From positions 2,320,946 to 2,384,945 of the forward strand of contig CM119267.1 in assembly GCA_051294375.1 (NCBI GenBank): a stretch of DNA of 64,000 nt, given 5' to 3'. This DNA comes from Paraspadella gotoi (taxonomy: Eukaryota; Animalia; Chaetognatha). The translations under genes and the position numbers were made by a program. This document shows, in pieces, positions 25,391-38,762 of this stretch (positions are counted from its first letter, which is position 1; every line of letters starts with the position of its first letter). The notes under the pieces are model-generated. The model was not told where the DNA came from, searched no databases, and saw nothing but the letters and a program-made list of their open reading frames with translations.

Positions 25391-26094
25391 TATCAATCTA
25401 CTCTTTTCCCTCTCCCACTTTAAACTTTCTCCTCTCCTCTCTCTCTCCCTCCACAATTTTTGGAAAATTGCCTATTTGACAGGTTTCCCGATGAGTATGT
25501 CCAGGTCTCGACAACTATCTGTAAAGTGCTCTTCCTTCTATTTCTCTCTCTCTCTCTCTCTCCTCAACTCTCTCCTCTCCTCTCTCTCTCTCTCTCTCGT
25601 CTCTCTCTCTCTCGTCTCTCTTCTCTCTTCTTTCTCTCTCTTTCTCTGTCTTTCCTCTATTTTCCATCAAACCTCTCCGTCCCTTTAAATTCTTTTCCAT
25701 CTTAAAACCTTATTTAAAATATTTTTCTCAAGTTTTAGTTCGTTTTAAAAAAATTTCGCCGCATTTATCTTTCTTCGTACTGTTTTTGTCAAACCGCCAG
25801 AGGCGCGTTACGACAAATCCCAGGTAATTTAAGACGCTTCAAGACTAAAACCGGCCGAGGGAAACAAAAATTTCGCAGCGCCCGCGGCTTCCTACACTCC
25901 CTCTCTCTCTCTCTCTCTCTCTCTCGCTCTCCTCCTCTATCTCTCTCTCTCCGTCTCTCTCTCTCGTCTCTCTCTTTCTCTCCCTACTCTTTCTCTCTTT
26001 CTCATTTCTCTCCCCCTCTCTCTCTCCCAGCTTTTTTTTTCTCTCATCTCTCTCTCTCTCCCCCCTCTCTTTCTATTTTCCTTTCTCTCCCCTA

Positions 26095-26125
<31 letters not shown>

Positions 26126-26363
26126 CTCTCTCTTTCTTTTTTATTTTTTCTTTCTTTCTTTCTTTCTCTCTCTCTTCCTTATACTCCTCTTCTCTCCATT
26201 TTTTTCTTCTCTCTTCATCCTCCATCCCTCTCTCTCTCTCTCTCTCATCTCTCTTCTCTCTCTCTTTTTTTTTCTTTCTTTCTTTCTTTCTCTCTCTTTC
26301 TCCCTCTTTCTCTCCATTTTTTTTCTCCTCTTCCCGCTCCCTCCCTCCCTCTCTCTATCTCTT

Positions 26364-26423
<60 letters not shown>

Positions 26424-26630
26424 CCCCGCTTTTTTTTACGACCACGGTCCGCCGCGGTTTCGGATCTAACATACGCCTTTATTGTTCGTCTTCTGTGGAG
26501 CGCCCTCATTCTCAAATCCAAGTGTGCGAACGTCGCCAAAGGGAGTGCGGAAGGTCGCCCCGCGGAGATTGCATTCGTCTGGGTAAGGTGAGACAATCCG
26601 CGATGATGGGGTGATAAGAGAAGAGAGAGA

Positions 26631-26685
<55 letters not shown>

Positions 26686-26701
26686 CGAGAAGAAGAGGAA
26701 G

Positions 26702-26746
<45 letters not shown>

Positions 26747-28439
26747 AGATGATAGAGAGAGAGAGAGTGACAACGTCGTTGGAAGAAACGACCCTACCTC
26801 GTTCGCCTTCCTTCAACGAAGTTTGCGTCGGAGTAAAGAATGGGACCGGTGACAGATGATAGAACGACGGCGGCGCGGCGGCGGCGGCCGGCCGGGGAGG
26901 CGGCGGGCGCGCGGCGGCGGCGCGGCGGCGGGGCGGGGCGTAATTCCACTCCGGGGTATACATTTCTTTGCCTGAAATCGTCATCTCTCGTCGTCGTCTT
27001 CGTCGGTCATCATCGTCTTTTGTCCATCGTCTTTGTCATCGTCATTGTCGTCGTCAATTGTCGTCCGTCGTCATTTCGTCCTCGTTTTTTTTTCCTCCAA
27101 TGTTAAATCGATTTTTTTTTTTTTCTGTCTTTAAAAAAATTGAGGTGGATTTTCGAAAAATGGTATGTATGAATACATTACGTTTCTCGAGGAACCAACT
27201 GAAAAAAAAGCTAAAAAAAGCTACAATTTATAATTATGAATTAATTAAAATTTAAATGATGTTTAGTAAAAATTAAAAAAGGGTAAAGAAAAGGAAAATG
27301 ATAAAATGTCGAAAAGATTCAACCCGTCCAAAAATTATTTTGTCCAAGAATTTTGGGAAAAAACTTGTTTGCCGTTTTGGCTTTTTAAATAAAATTTAAA
27401 ACTGTTCATGGATAACCAGGATAAAGTTCAGTCCCCAGAAACACCTTGTAACAAGATCAGTACCCAGAAACACCTTGTAACGAGATTTAGGACTTGGGAT
27501 GAAATATTTTTAACCGCTGCATCGTTTCTTTCTTTCTTCAAATCTTCTTTCCATCTTCTTTTTTTTTTCTTTTTTCTTTCCTCTTTCCTCTTCTTCATTC
27601 TTTTCCTCTTCCGCTTCCTCTCGCACTCCTCCTTTTTTTCCTTCCTCTTCCTCACCTCTGTTTTCTTCCTCCTTCTCCTCCACTCTCCTCTCTTCCTCCT
27701 CTTCTTCCTTCCCTTCCTCTCCTCCTCCTCTTCCTCCCCTCCCTCTCGTTCCTCCTCCCATCTCCTCTCCTTCCTCCTCTTCTTCTCACTCTCCCTCTTC
27801 CTCTCTTCCTCCCTCTTCCTCTGCTTCTCCTCGCCTCTCAATCTCTCATTCCTCCTCTCTTCCTCCCTCTCCTCTCTTCTCCTCTTCCTTTCTCCCCTCT
27901 CCTCTCTTCCTCCCTCTTCTTTTCCCCTTTCCTCTCTTCCTCCTCTTCCTCCCCCTCTCCTCTCTTCTTTCCTTCCCCAGTTTTTTCCAATTCTCATCGT
28001 TTAGTTTCCATTCACGGTCAATATCCCAAAGAACGAAAAATTCGGTGCGCTTCGGCTTGAAAGGTGAGGATTAAAGTCTGCGCGTGTAGAGTGACGCAGC
28101 GAATGACGTGAGTGGCGCAGAAATTGGCGCGCCAATGACGCAAAGAGAGACGCGACGCTGTCGACATCTGGACTTGTTACTAGATTGTTTAAGAATCGAA
28201 CTCGGTCGTAATTTTCACTTCCAATATGGGAAATCTCACAAATTTCCACATTTATCCTTTCGAACTCAAATTCTTGTGGGGACAATCAGACTTTCAAATA
28301 AATGAAACATAAGTTAACATCATTTTCCCATCTGTTCAACTTTAAAACTTTTAAACGTTTTTTTGTCTTAAATAAATTAAAAGGTGCTAATAAAGAGGAT
28401 TTACGTAATATTAAATACTTGCAAAAAAAATATTAAAAT

Positions 28440-29005
28440 CAAGTAGAAATCGAAATTCGAATCGTAGATCGTGACAGGATTGGTACTGTGAACATTGATA
28501 TATAAAAAAAAATCCGTTTTTTTAATTTCTCCAATTTTTTGCATAACGCCCATATTTATGCATAGGTACCTACCATAGAAAATGTTAAAACTTTAAAAAT
28601 AGATTTTCTTAATTTTGAAAGCAGATTCGAATTTCCTCAACGAAAGGTTTATAAAAAGAAATATAACTCTTTTGTTGAAAATTATTTCGTTATGTGGGTC
28701 AAAATCCTAAAAAAACTATTATTAATAAACTTATAATTTAATTTTAGTATAAAAAATATATTTTTTTTATTTTTAGCTTATTTAATAAAATAATTTTTGA
28801 TTAAGAACTTATATTTTCTTTATCAACTTTTTATGAGAAAATTCGAATCTGCTTTCAAAAACTAAAAAAAACTATTTTAAATTTGGACATTTTCTATGGT
28901 AATACTATGTAATAAATTGCAAAATTGAGAAATTATATATCATTTGTACGTTAGTACAAGAACTGTTCATGAAACAACTATTCGCATTTTGATCTGGGCA
29001 ACTTT
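28440..29005. mobile_element. Second, redundant copy of the 6845-7395 MITE-like element
   Basis: Same element inside the right arm of the inverted duplication, with the same flanks, so it is not an independent insertion. Confidence 0.6.
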
Positions 29006-29334
29006 ACTACAGCCTATACTATATATATTTTTTTTTTTTATTAGTAATTTTTGAAGTTTTTTCTCGTCGTTGTTGTCGTTGTTTTTGTTGTTTCGTTGTC
29101 GAGTGCATTTTAGCTTCGACTCCAAAGAAAAAATTAATTCCTGATTCTTACATTCATTCATCATCCTTGTCGTCGTCGTCGTCGTTGTGTCCGTTCGTCG
29201 TAGTCGTCGTCCGTCCGTCCCCGTAGTCCGTCGTCGTCCGTTGTAGTTGTCGTCGTCGTCGAACAATCTCAAATCTTCATCGTCATCACCGTAAACAACG
29301 AGAAAGCACTCTCTCTCACTCTCTCTCCTCCTTC

Positions 29335-29390
<56 letters not shown>

Positions 29391-30980
29391 CTCTCTCTCC
29401 ATCTCATCTCATCATCTCTGTCATCTTTTTAATGCATATCCGTCGTCTCAACTTTGATTACCTCGGCCTGCCCTTTTCCTCTTTTCAAGAGTTTATTCCC
29501 TCCTTTCTATTTGAGGAGAAAAGGGATTTTAAAATATTCCTTTTTTTTTTTCTTTCCTTTTTGTAATTTCGAAAACATGACTTGCCTGGTTCTCCCTGCT
29601 TTATAATTTCGCTATCGTTCTGCCTTAATAAATCTGTTTTATTCTCTCCGTCGCTTTTTTTTCTTTCAACGATGTTTCTCTCTCGTCTTTCTCTCTCTAT
29701 CTCTCGATCTTTCATCATCTCATCTCATCCTCTCTCTCTCCGCTCTAGGCCTCGTCGAAGTCTCGTCATCTCGCATCTCTCTCTCTCTCATGTATCTCAC
29801 TCTCAATCTTTCTTTTACTTTTTTTTTTCGTTTTCTCCCAATTCTCACACAGCCTTATTCCTCTTTTTTTTTTTTTTTTTTTTTTCTCATGCTTAATTCT
29901 TTGCTCTTAGTTTTTTTTTTTTTATTTCACATAATTTTTCTGTCTGTTTTTTGGTTTCTTGTTATTTCATCTCCTTCTATCCTCGTCCTTTTTTTCTTCC
30001 CTTTCTTTCTTCTCTTCGTCTTTCCTCCCTATAACTTTCCTCTCTTCTTTCTCGCTTTTTTTTTCGTCCCCTCATTTCCTATCCTTCCATTTCCCTCTTT
30101 TCTTTTCTTTCCTTTTTTTTTTTTTCTTTCTTTCTCCTTTCTTTCCTCTATCCGCTTTAGAAGAGGCCGAAAAAATTCCTAATTCTTTCGATTTTCTTCT
30201 TATCTTCCTCTCCCTCTCAGATTTTGTTGCTCCCTCATCCTCCTCCTCTCTCACTCTTCATCTTCCTCCTACTCTTGTCCTGTCCTTCTCACTCCTCATC
30301 TTCACATCTCAAAATTTGGAGAGAGAGAGAGAGAGAGAGGGAGTGGTCGACCTAGGAAAAGAGAGGTCGAATGAAATAACAGAATGTGAGGGGAAAAATG
30401 AAGTAGGATAGAAAAGTGAGGTAGAATAGAATAGGAAATAGGAAAATCTTTCTATTTTGTATTTTCTCTTTTAATACATTTTATCTTCTTTTATTCTTTT
30501 TTATTCTTCCCTTATTTTATTTCTTATTTTCGCTTCCGGTTAATTTTTCTTTCCTTATTTTCTTTTTTTCGCTTTCCTCCTTTCCTCTCTTTTTCTCCTC
30601 CTTCCTTATTTTCTATTATCTTCTCTTCTTTTTTCTTCTCTCTTTTCTTCTTTTTCCTACTTTTCTCCTTCTTTCTTTCTGACCTCACGTTTTTCTTTAT
30701 CCTATTATTCTCCCTTTTTTCTTCTTTCCATTTCCCCTCCCTCCATTTATATCTCCTTCCCTTTTTTTCCTATTTTCTTCCCTCCATTTATATCCCCTTC
30801 CCTTTTTTCCCTATTTTCTTCCCTCCTTTTATATCTTCTCCCCTTTTCCTCCATCCCTTTTTTCTCCTTCCCTTTTTTCATTTTCCCTCTCGTCTCTCTT
30901 CGCTGACTCTTGAAGGTAGAAAGGGAAGCTGAAGCTGATTAGGTTTCTTCCCTGCCAGTTTAGAAGAAGCTTCCTCCATC

Positions 30981-31009
<29 letters not shown>

Positions 31010-31021
<12 letters not shown>

Positions 31022-31375
31022 TAGAGATTTTAAAAATAAAAAAAATTAAAAAAATAAAATAGTAAATCCGGTAAAGATATCAATTACGAAAAAAATAATA
31101 CTGTTTAAGAAAAAAATTTCAATGAAAGTTATTCTCTCTCNNNNNNNNNNNNNNNNNNNNNNNNNNNNNNNNNNNNNNNNNNNNNNNNNNNNNNNNNNNN
31201 NNNNNNNNNNNNNNNNNNNNNNNNNNNNNNNNNNNNNNNNNNNNNNNNNNNNNNNNNNNNGAGAGAGAATGATAGAGATTTTAAATAAAAAAAATTAAAA
31301 AAATAAAATAGTAAATCCGTAAAAGATATCAATTACGAAAAAAAAATACTGTAAAGAAAAAAAATTCATGAAAGT
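31010..31375 (+). repeat. ~120 bp direct duplication across an N gap
   Basis: gagagaatgatagagattttaaa...atgaaagtt occurs at ~31012-31130 and at 31263-31376. Confidence 0.9.
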
Positions 31376-32263
31376 TTTAAAATTGAACTAAACAGAAAAC
31401 CTTAATAATTCTTACAGTTTAATTAACAAGTCATTAATAAGGGAGTAAAAGCTGCAAGAATAAGAACCGCGGCACTGAGAGGTAAAACGTCGCCCATAAA
31501 GGCCTCCCCTTGGGGCACCTGTAGGGCCACCCCACTGATTTAGTATTTTAAATATTATCTGCCTTAAAAAGGTTACCCTCATAGTAGCTTACAGAATCGA
31601 ATTACGACAATAATAGTAATAAAGACAATAGCGATCAAATTGTATTATTCATAAATACATAGGCGTTATTGCTAACGCTGCCTATCCTCACCCTATCCTT
31701 AGGGGAAGGACCTTCTCTCAACGTAATACCTGAGCTCTGCCACCAATTAAAGTTGTCGTACAAATTAGGAATTTATGTTCTCGTTAAAACCATAATGACT
31801 CTATGGAGGAGCATGATCGTATCTCATTCCAATGTTTGAATTCAGAAGTGCGCATTCATAAATTGAGACTCAATGAGAGATTCATCGAGGCTGAATGCTG
31901 AATGCTTCTCCGACAAATCTATCAAAATACAATACTTGGAAAGTAAGTATGCCCCTTCTAATTAATGAACAATGAAAAAATTAATGAACGAAAGAGTGAA
32001 TGAAAGGAAGAAAAATCGCCAAGAGAAGTAGAATCCTCTCTAATGAAAAACAGATAAGAACGAGAGAAAGAGATAACGTGAGCAAGAGAGAGAGAGAGAG
32101 AGGGATAGAAGAGATAGAGAGGAGAGGAGAGAGAGAGATAGAGAGAGAGACGAGAGTGCAGAGAGATGCTATTGATTACCACTTTTCCCTTTTTTCTCTG
32201 TCTGCCTGAAAAAAGCTTTTATGAGAAAAGATTATATGAAATAAAAGAAAACGATATGAGAGA

Positions 32264-32297
<34 letters not shown>

Positions 32298-34388
32298 ATG
32301 AGAGAGACGAGAGAGAGTGAGGAGAGAGAGAGAGAGAGAAGGAAACGAAATGGAGAGCGATGAAGTCGTTCAACTCCTCCATTAGAAAAGGATCAGCAGA
32401 TAATTTGTTTTTAACCTTCTTGGGAATAAAATTAACAGAAAAATCTTCGTATATTGAAAAATTCTTCGCGGTTAAAATATAAAAAAAAAGCCTATTATGG
32501 AAAATGAGAGAAAAGAGAAGATACGTTCGCGCGCTGCTACGTCGCGCTTGCTACGTTGCGCTGCCTACGTCGCGCTGCTACGTTCGCGCTGCTACGGTCG
32601 CGCTGCTGATGAAAAAATCTCCGAAAAAGCAGAAAAAGCTATATTGAATTAGTATATCAGAAATAAAAAATTTGAAAGTTGAACAAAAGTTTTAAAGTTG
32701 AATTAACAAAATTTAGCAAGTCACTGTGGCTGCTGAAAGATCATTATCAATCTTCAATTCGTTAAGAAGCAAACTGTACGACTCTTGAAGACGTCTCTCC
32801 AAAAAAGACCTCTTTGATTGAAAAGGTAATGAGAGAGAAAAAAAATGAGAAGAAACCCAATTTTAGAGGAAAGAAAAAAAAAAGGAAATTTTCAATTTTG
32901 ACTTTTTCTTTTTCTTTTCATTTTCTCGTTTTACCGGGGGGACGGGGGATTAATTTTTCCACGTGAGTGTCCTTCCTCATTTACTTTTCTTCCTTCCTTC
33001 TTTTTTACTTGTTTTTCTTTTTCCTTCCTTTCCTTCCTTCCTTCCTTTCCTTCCTTCCTTCCTTCCTTCCTTCCTTCCTTCCTTCCTTTCACTTTTTTCT
33101 TTTATTTTTTTTCTTTTCTTTACTTCTTTCTTCTTTTAATTTTTTTTTCTTCCTCCAATTCTTTCTTTCTTTTTCATTCATTCCTTCCCTTATTTCTTTT
33201 TTCCCCTTTACTTTCTTTACTCTTCACCATTTGCTTGGCTGATTGATTGACAAATTTGAAATTGACGCGACTGCATGATTTGATTTCCTCTTCTTTCTTA
33301 ATTTTTCTCCTCGACCCCTAGAAAGGAAACTGGGAAGTTTCTCGAAGAAAATTGGCAGCAGAAAAAGGAGGGGTGATTGATTGGCCGAGAGAGAGAGAGA
33401 AGAAGATGAGAGAGAGCAGAGAGATAGCAGAGAGAGATGAGAGAGAGAGAGAGAGAGAGAATAATAAATGAGTTTGTCAAACTTTCTTTAGAATCTATGA
33501 TTTGATGTCAACCAATGGAAACGATGATGGTCCACCGATGGAATTGACGATGGAATTTTCGTTGGCGAATTGACAAAGGAATTGTTAAATATAATCAATT
33601 AGACGAGAAAAATGCAATGACAATAATGCAATAAAATATTTATGTGAAGGAATCTGAAGATGCGAATCAACAATTGAAATTATTAATGAAATTGTATTAG
33701 TGAAGGAAATGAAAATGGAATTTCATGATGGAACTAATGATGTCGACAATGGAACTGAAAATAGAATTTCCGATGAAAATTTAAGAACGGAAAACGATGA
33801 TGGAAGTTGATGATGGAATCAGTGAGGGAATTGAATAAATCAATGATGGAATCCAAAGGAATCAATGGATGGAATCGTCAATAAAAATCATTGATGGAAT
33901 CAGGTTCTTGGAATCGACGTCACTGTTTTGTCGCCAGTCAAAATATCGATCGCGAAAACAAGCGCCACCTGCAGCATCCGATTTTTTTAGTGGCGGACCG
34001 CAGATGCAGATTAGGCGCGCCGGTAACGTCGGTGCGCACTGACATTCCTTTGCCGGTGCAGGAGAGTGCCAGCTGTCGGCGAAGGACAGGAAGACGTATG
34101 AATCAGTGACGACGACTTAAGTTAACAAGATTAAATGCTGAAAATTATCACATCTCATTGGTGAGCTGCGAATTGCTTCTTCAATGACGACGTGAGAACT
34201 CTTTTTTGAATTGACCGAAAGACAGACTGATGGACATACGGATCAAACTTCCGCCAGCCTCAACTGATAAAAATAAAATATGTTTTTCTTGCTGGAGGAT
34301 TTAAGTAAAAGGAAAATACCGCCTTTGTTGGTGGGGCAAGGAAAATCAGAGAAAGAAGAAAAAAAGAAATTCAAAATATTGGGGAAAA

Positions 34389-34461
<73 letters not shown>

Positions 34462-34676
34462 AGGCATTGCTAAAAATGACTTTTGCATCGGCGTCATTAA
34501 TTTGCGTTTGTCTTTTTTATATGAAACTTTACGATTAAGGGCAGTTTTTTTCTCTCTCTTCTGCATTTATTCTGGTAATCATAATGACCCATCAGTTTAA
34601 TTATCGAATGTCGTTGTTGTTGTTGTTGTTTGTTGTTTATCTCTCTCTTTTNNNNNNNNNNNNNNNNNNNNNNNNN

Positions 34677-34711
<35 letters not shown>

Positions 34712-34887
34712 AAACGAATGGAGAGCGATGAAGTCGTTTCAACTCCTCCATTAGAAAAGGATCAGCAGATAATTTTTTTTAACCTTTTGGGAATAAAATT
34801 TAACAGAAAATCTTCGTATATGAAAAAATCTTCGCGGTTAAAATATAAAAAAAAAGCCTATTTGGAAAAGTGAGAGAAAAGAGAAGA

Positions 34888-34952
34888 TACGTCGCGCTGC
34901 TACGTCGCGCTGCTACGTCGCGCTGCTACGTCGCGCTGCTACGTCGCGCTGC
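34888..34952. repeat. 13 bp GC-rich minisatellite (TACGTCGCGCTGC)x5
   Basis: Five perfect units. A noisy duplicate lies at ~32522-32606. Confidence 0.95.
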
Positions 34953-35690
34953 TGATGAAAAATCTCGAAAAAGCAGAAAAAGTATTATGAATTAGTATAT
35001 AGAAATAAAAATTTGAAGTTGAACAAAAGTTAAAGTGAATACAAAATTAGCAAGTCACTGTGGCTGTGAAAGATACATATCATCTCAATTCGTAAGAAGC
35101 AACTGTACGACTCTGAAGACGTCTCTCCAGAAAAAGACTCTTGATGAAAAGGTAATGAGAGAGAAAAAATGAGAAGAAGACCCAATTTTAGAGGAAAGAA
35201 AAAAAAAGGAATTTTTCAATTTGACTTTTTCTTTTTTCTTTTCATTTTCTCGTTTTACCGACGATAATTTTTCACGTGAGTGTCCTTCCTCATTTACTTT
35301 TCTTCCTTCCTTCTTTTTTACTTGTTTTTCTTTTTCCTTCCTTTCCTTCCTTCCTTCCTTTCCTTCCTTCCTTCCTTCCTTCCTTCCTTCCTTCCTTCCT
35401 TTCACTTTTTTCTTTATTTTTTTTCTTTCTTTACTTCTTTCTTCTTTTAATTTTTTTTTCTTCCTCATTCTTTTCTTTCTTTTTTCATTTCTTCCTTCCC
35501 TTATTTCTTTTTTCCCCTTTACTTTCTTTACTCTTCACCATTTGCTTGGCTGATTGATTGACAAATTGATTGACGGACTGATTGATTGATTTCCTCTTCT
35601 TTCTTAATTTTTCTTCTCTCGACCTGAGAAAAGGAAACTGAAGTTTCTCGAAGAAATTGGCAGCAGAAAAAGGTAGGGGTGATTGATTGG

Positions 35691-35827
<137 letters not shown>

Positions 35828-35849
35828 ATATGAGTTTGTACAACTTTTC

Positions 35850-36250
35850 TTTAGAATCTATGATTGAGTCAACAATGGAAACGATGATGGTCACCGATGG
35901 AATTGACGATGGAATTTTCGGTGGAATTGACAAAGGAATTGTTAATATAATCAATAGGAGAAAATGACAATGACAATAATGCCAATAAAATATTTAGTGA
36001 AGGAATCGAAGATGGAATCAACAATGAAATTATTAATGAAATTGATTAGTGAAGGAATTGAAAATGGAATTTCATGATGGAACTAATGATGTCGACAATG
36101 GAACTGAAAATAGAATTTCCGATGAAAATAAGAACGGAAACGATGATGGAATTGATGATGGAATCAGTGAGGGAATTGAATAAAATCAATGATGGAATCC
36201 CAAAGGAATCAATGATGGAATCGTCAATAAAATCATTGATGGAATCAGGT
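35850..36250. repeat. Degenerate ~12 bp array (ATGATGGAATCA-like)
   Basis: Recurrent (G)ATGGAA(T) motif, giving Met at ~4-codon spacing in ORF 36074..36313. Duplicate at ~33490-33900. Confidence 0.65.
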
Positions 36251-38257
36251 TCTGGAATCGACGTCACTTTTGTCGCCATCAAAATATCGATCGCGAAAAC
36301 AAGCGCCACCTGAGATCCGATTTTTGTGGCGGACGCAGATTGCAGTTAGGCGCCGCCGGTACACGTCGGTGCGCACTGAATTCCTTTGCCGGTGCAGAGA
36401 GTGGCAGCGTCGGCGAAGGACAGGAAGACGGTGAATCAGTGACGACGACTTAAGTTAACAAAGATTAAATGGAAAATTATCATCATCTCATTGGTTTGAG
36501 CTGCGAATTGTTCTTCAATGACGACGTGAGAACTCTTTTTTAGAATTGACCGAAAGACAGACTGCATGGACATACGGATCAAACTTCCGCCAGCCCTCAA
36601 CTGATGAAAAATAAAATATGTTTTTCTTGCGGAGGATTTAAGTAAAAGGACAAATACCGCCTTTGTTCGGTGGTGGCCCAAGGAAACATCAGAGAAAGTA
36701 AGAAAAAACAGAAATTCAAAATATTGGGAAAACTCATCTCTCTCTCTCTATCTCTCTCTCTCTCTCTTCATCTCTCTTCTCCTCTCTCTATCTCTCTCCT
36801 CTCTCTCATCTCAAGCATTGGAAAATGACTTTTGCATCGGCGTCATTAATTTGCGTTTGTCTTTTTTATATGAAACTTTACGATTAAGGGCAGTTTTTTT
36901 CTCTCTCTTCTGCATTTATTCTGGTAATCATAATGACCCATCAGTTTAATTATCGAATGTCGTTGTTGTTGTTGTTGTTTGTTGTTTATCTCTCTCTTTT
37001 NNNNNNNNNNNNNNNNNNNNNNNNNTTTTTTTTCTCTCTCTCTGATTTATTCTAGTAATCATAATGACCATCAGTTTAATTATCGATGTCGTTGTTGTTG
37101 TTGTTGTTGTTGTTTATCTCCGTATTTTTTGTCATCTTAATATCGTTGTTGAGGCTGAATGTTTCATCGTCGCCTTTGTCATCATCTTCGTCATTTTCAA
37201 CGTCGTTGTCATCGTCGTCGTTTTCTTTTTTGTCTTCTTTGTCCTCGTCGTTATGGTCGTCATCGCCTTTATTTTCATCATTGTCATTGTCATCGAAGTC
37301 TTATATTTGCGTCATCTTTGTCCTTGTCGTCTTTGTCGTCATCTTCGTCGTTTTCATCGTCGTCGTCTTATTTTTTCGTCGCTTGATTGCGTCAAATTAA
37401 TGATCCCGACGAAGAAGACTTTTTCTCGCGTCTTGGAAATAATCGTTAAGACGCTAAGAAATATTTCCCGCGACTTTTTTTCTTTTCCTTCTTTTTCTAT
37501 TTTCTTTTTTTCCCTTTTTTTCCCTTCTTTTTATTTTTCCTCCTTTTCCTTTTTTCTTTCTTTTTTCTTTTTCCCTTCCTCCTTTTTATCTTTCCTTCTT
37601 TTCCTATTTTTTTTCGCTTTTTCTTTTTTTCTTTCTTTTTTCTTTCATTATTTTTCTTTTTTCTTTTCTCCTCTTTCTTTCATCTTCCCTCTTTTTCCTT
37701 TTTATCTTTCCTTCTTTTCCTTTTTTTTCTTTTCTTCTTTTTTTCCTCGTTTTTCTTTTCTCCTTTTCCTTTTTTCTTTTTTCTTTCTTCCTTCTTTTCT
37801 CTTTTTTCTTTTTCCCTTCCTCCTTTTTTCAATTTTTTTTTTGCGCACACGATGGCAATTTTTGTAATAGCAACCGGATATCATCAGAGGCCTCCTCTAG
37901 GAGGGTAGGAGGAGGAGGAGGAAGAGGAGGAAGAGGAGGAGGAGGAGGAGGAGGAGCGGCAACTGTGGGCGGAACGAGGAGGATGACAAGGGCAACCGAG
38001 ATCACGGGAAAACAGAAAATTTCGTCCTTTGGCCAGAACGAAGTTAGTCACTTATGAATTATTTTCCAGTGGAAAGAGAGAGAGGGAGAGAGAGAGAGAG
38101 GGAGAGTCACAAAAGGGAGAGAGAAAGAGAGTGCGAGAAGGAGATGGACAGAAGACATGAGGGAGAAAGAGAGAGAGAGAGACAAATGAAAGGAATTAGA
38201 AAAAAAAAGAGGTTGAGAGAAAAAATAGTAAGAGTAAGAGAAAACGAGAGAAAAATA

Positions 38258-38532
38258 TCCACATCCCCGATCTACATCCCTTTGCTTCAACCACATCCCT
38301 GTGCTCCGTCCACATCTGCTTCGACCACATCCCATCGCTCCGACCACATCCCTTTGCTCCGTCCACATTCTCGTTTTCGACCACATCCTATCGCTCCGCG
38401 CCATCCCTTGCTCCGTCCACATCTCTTGCTTCGACCACATCAATCGCTTCCGACCACATCCCATCGCTCCTCCCACAATCCACCGCTCCCGACACATGCG
38501 ATGCTACCGCCATCGCTCCGACCACATCCCAA
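38258..38532. repeat. ~19 bp degenerate minisatellite (ACCACATCCCATCGCTCCG), ~14 units
   Basis: CCACATC(C) recurs at ~19-20 bp spacing. Confidence 0.85.
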
Positions 38533-38708
38533 CCGCGATGCAAATTAAAACTCAGCCGGTCTCTTCTCTCGCACGTGGGCTTCGTGCCTCCTCGTCGTTT
38601 CCAGACGAGAAAGAATAAAATGCGAACTGAGAAAATGATAATGCAGTCTGAGAACGTTAGTATATGCAATCAGGAGGATGCAACGAGAGTGCAAGCAAAG
38701 ATTAGTTG

Positions 38709-38762
<54 letters not shown>

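Larger units (their letters stand above)
19642..30320 (-). repeat. Right arm of the apparent inverted duplication (probable misoriented contig plus long-read extension)
   Basis: Collinear reverse complement of 5875-16900, differing mostly by single-base indels. It starts right after a 25-N gap and ends abruptly at aaaatttgga|gagagaga (~30320). Confidence 0.9.

Noticed and set aside
5875-30320. A genuine giant palindrome, foldback amplicon or large TIR transposon
   Set aside because: Differences are indel-dominated, quality decays along one arm, there are 25-N gaps at the centre, and the internal noisy copy shows a non-palindromic order.
31480-32300. Unique sequence of mixed composition
   Set aside because: No ORF or motif could be supported. 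It leads into a noisy duplicated block and is probably low-quality read sequence.
34952-34990. Hammerhead ribozyme core (CTGATGA...CGAAA); also CTGACGAG at 4565
   Set aside because: Stem II lacks the closing G-C pair and no stem III or stem I can be formed. The 4565 motif has no downstream GAAA.
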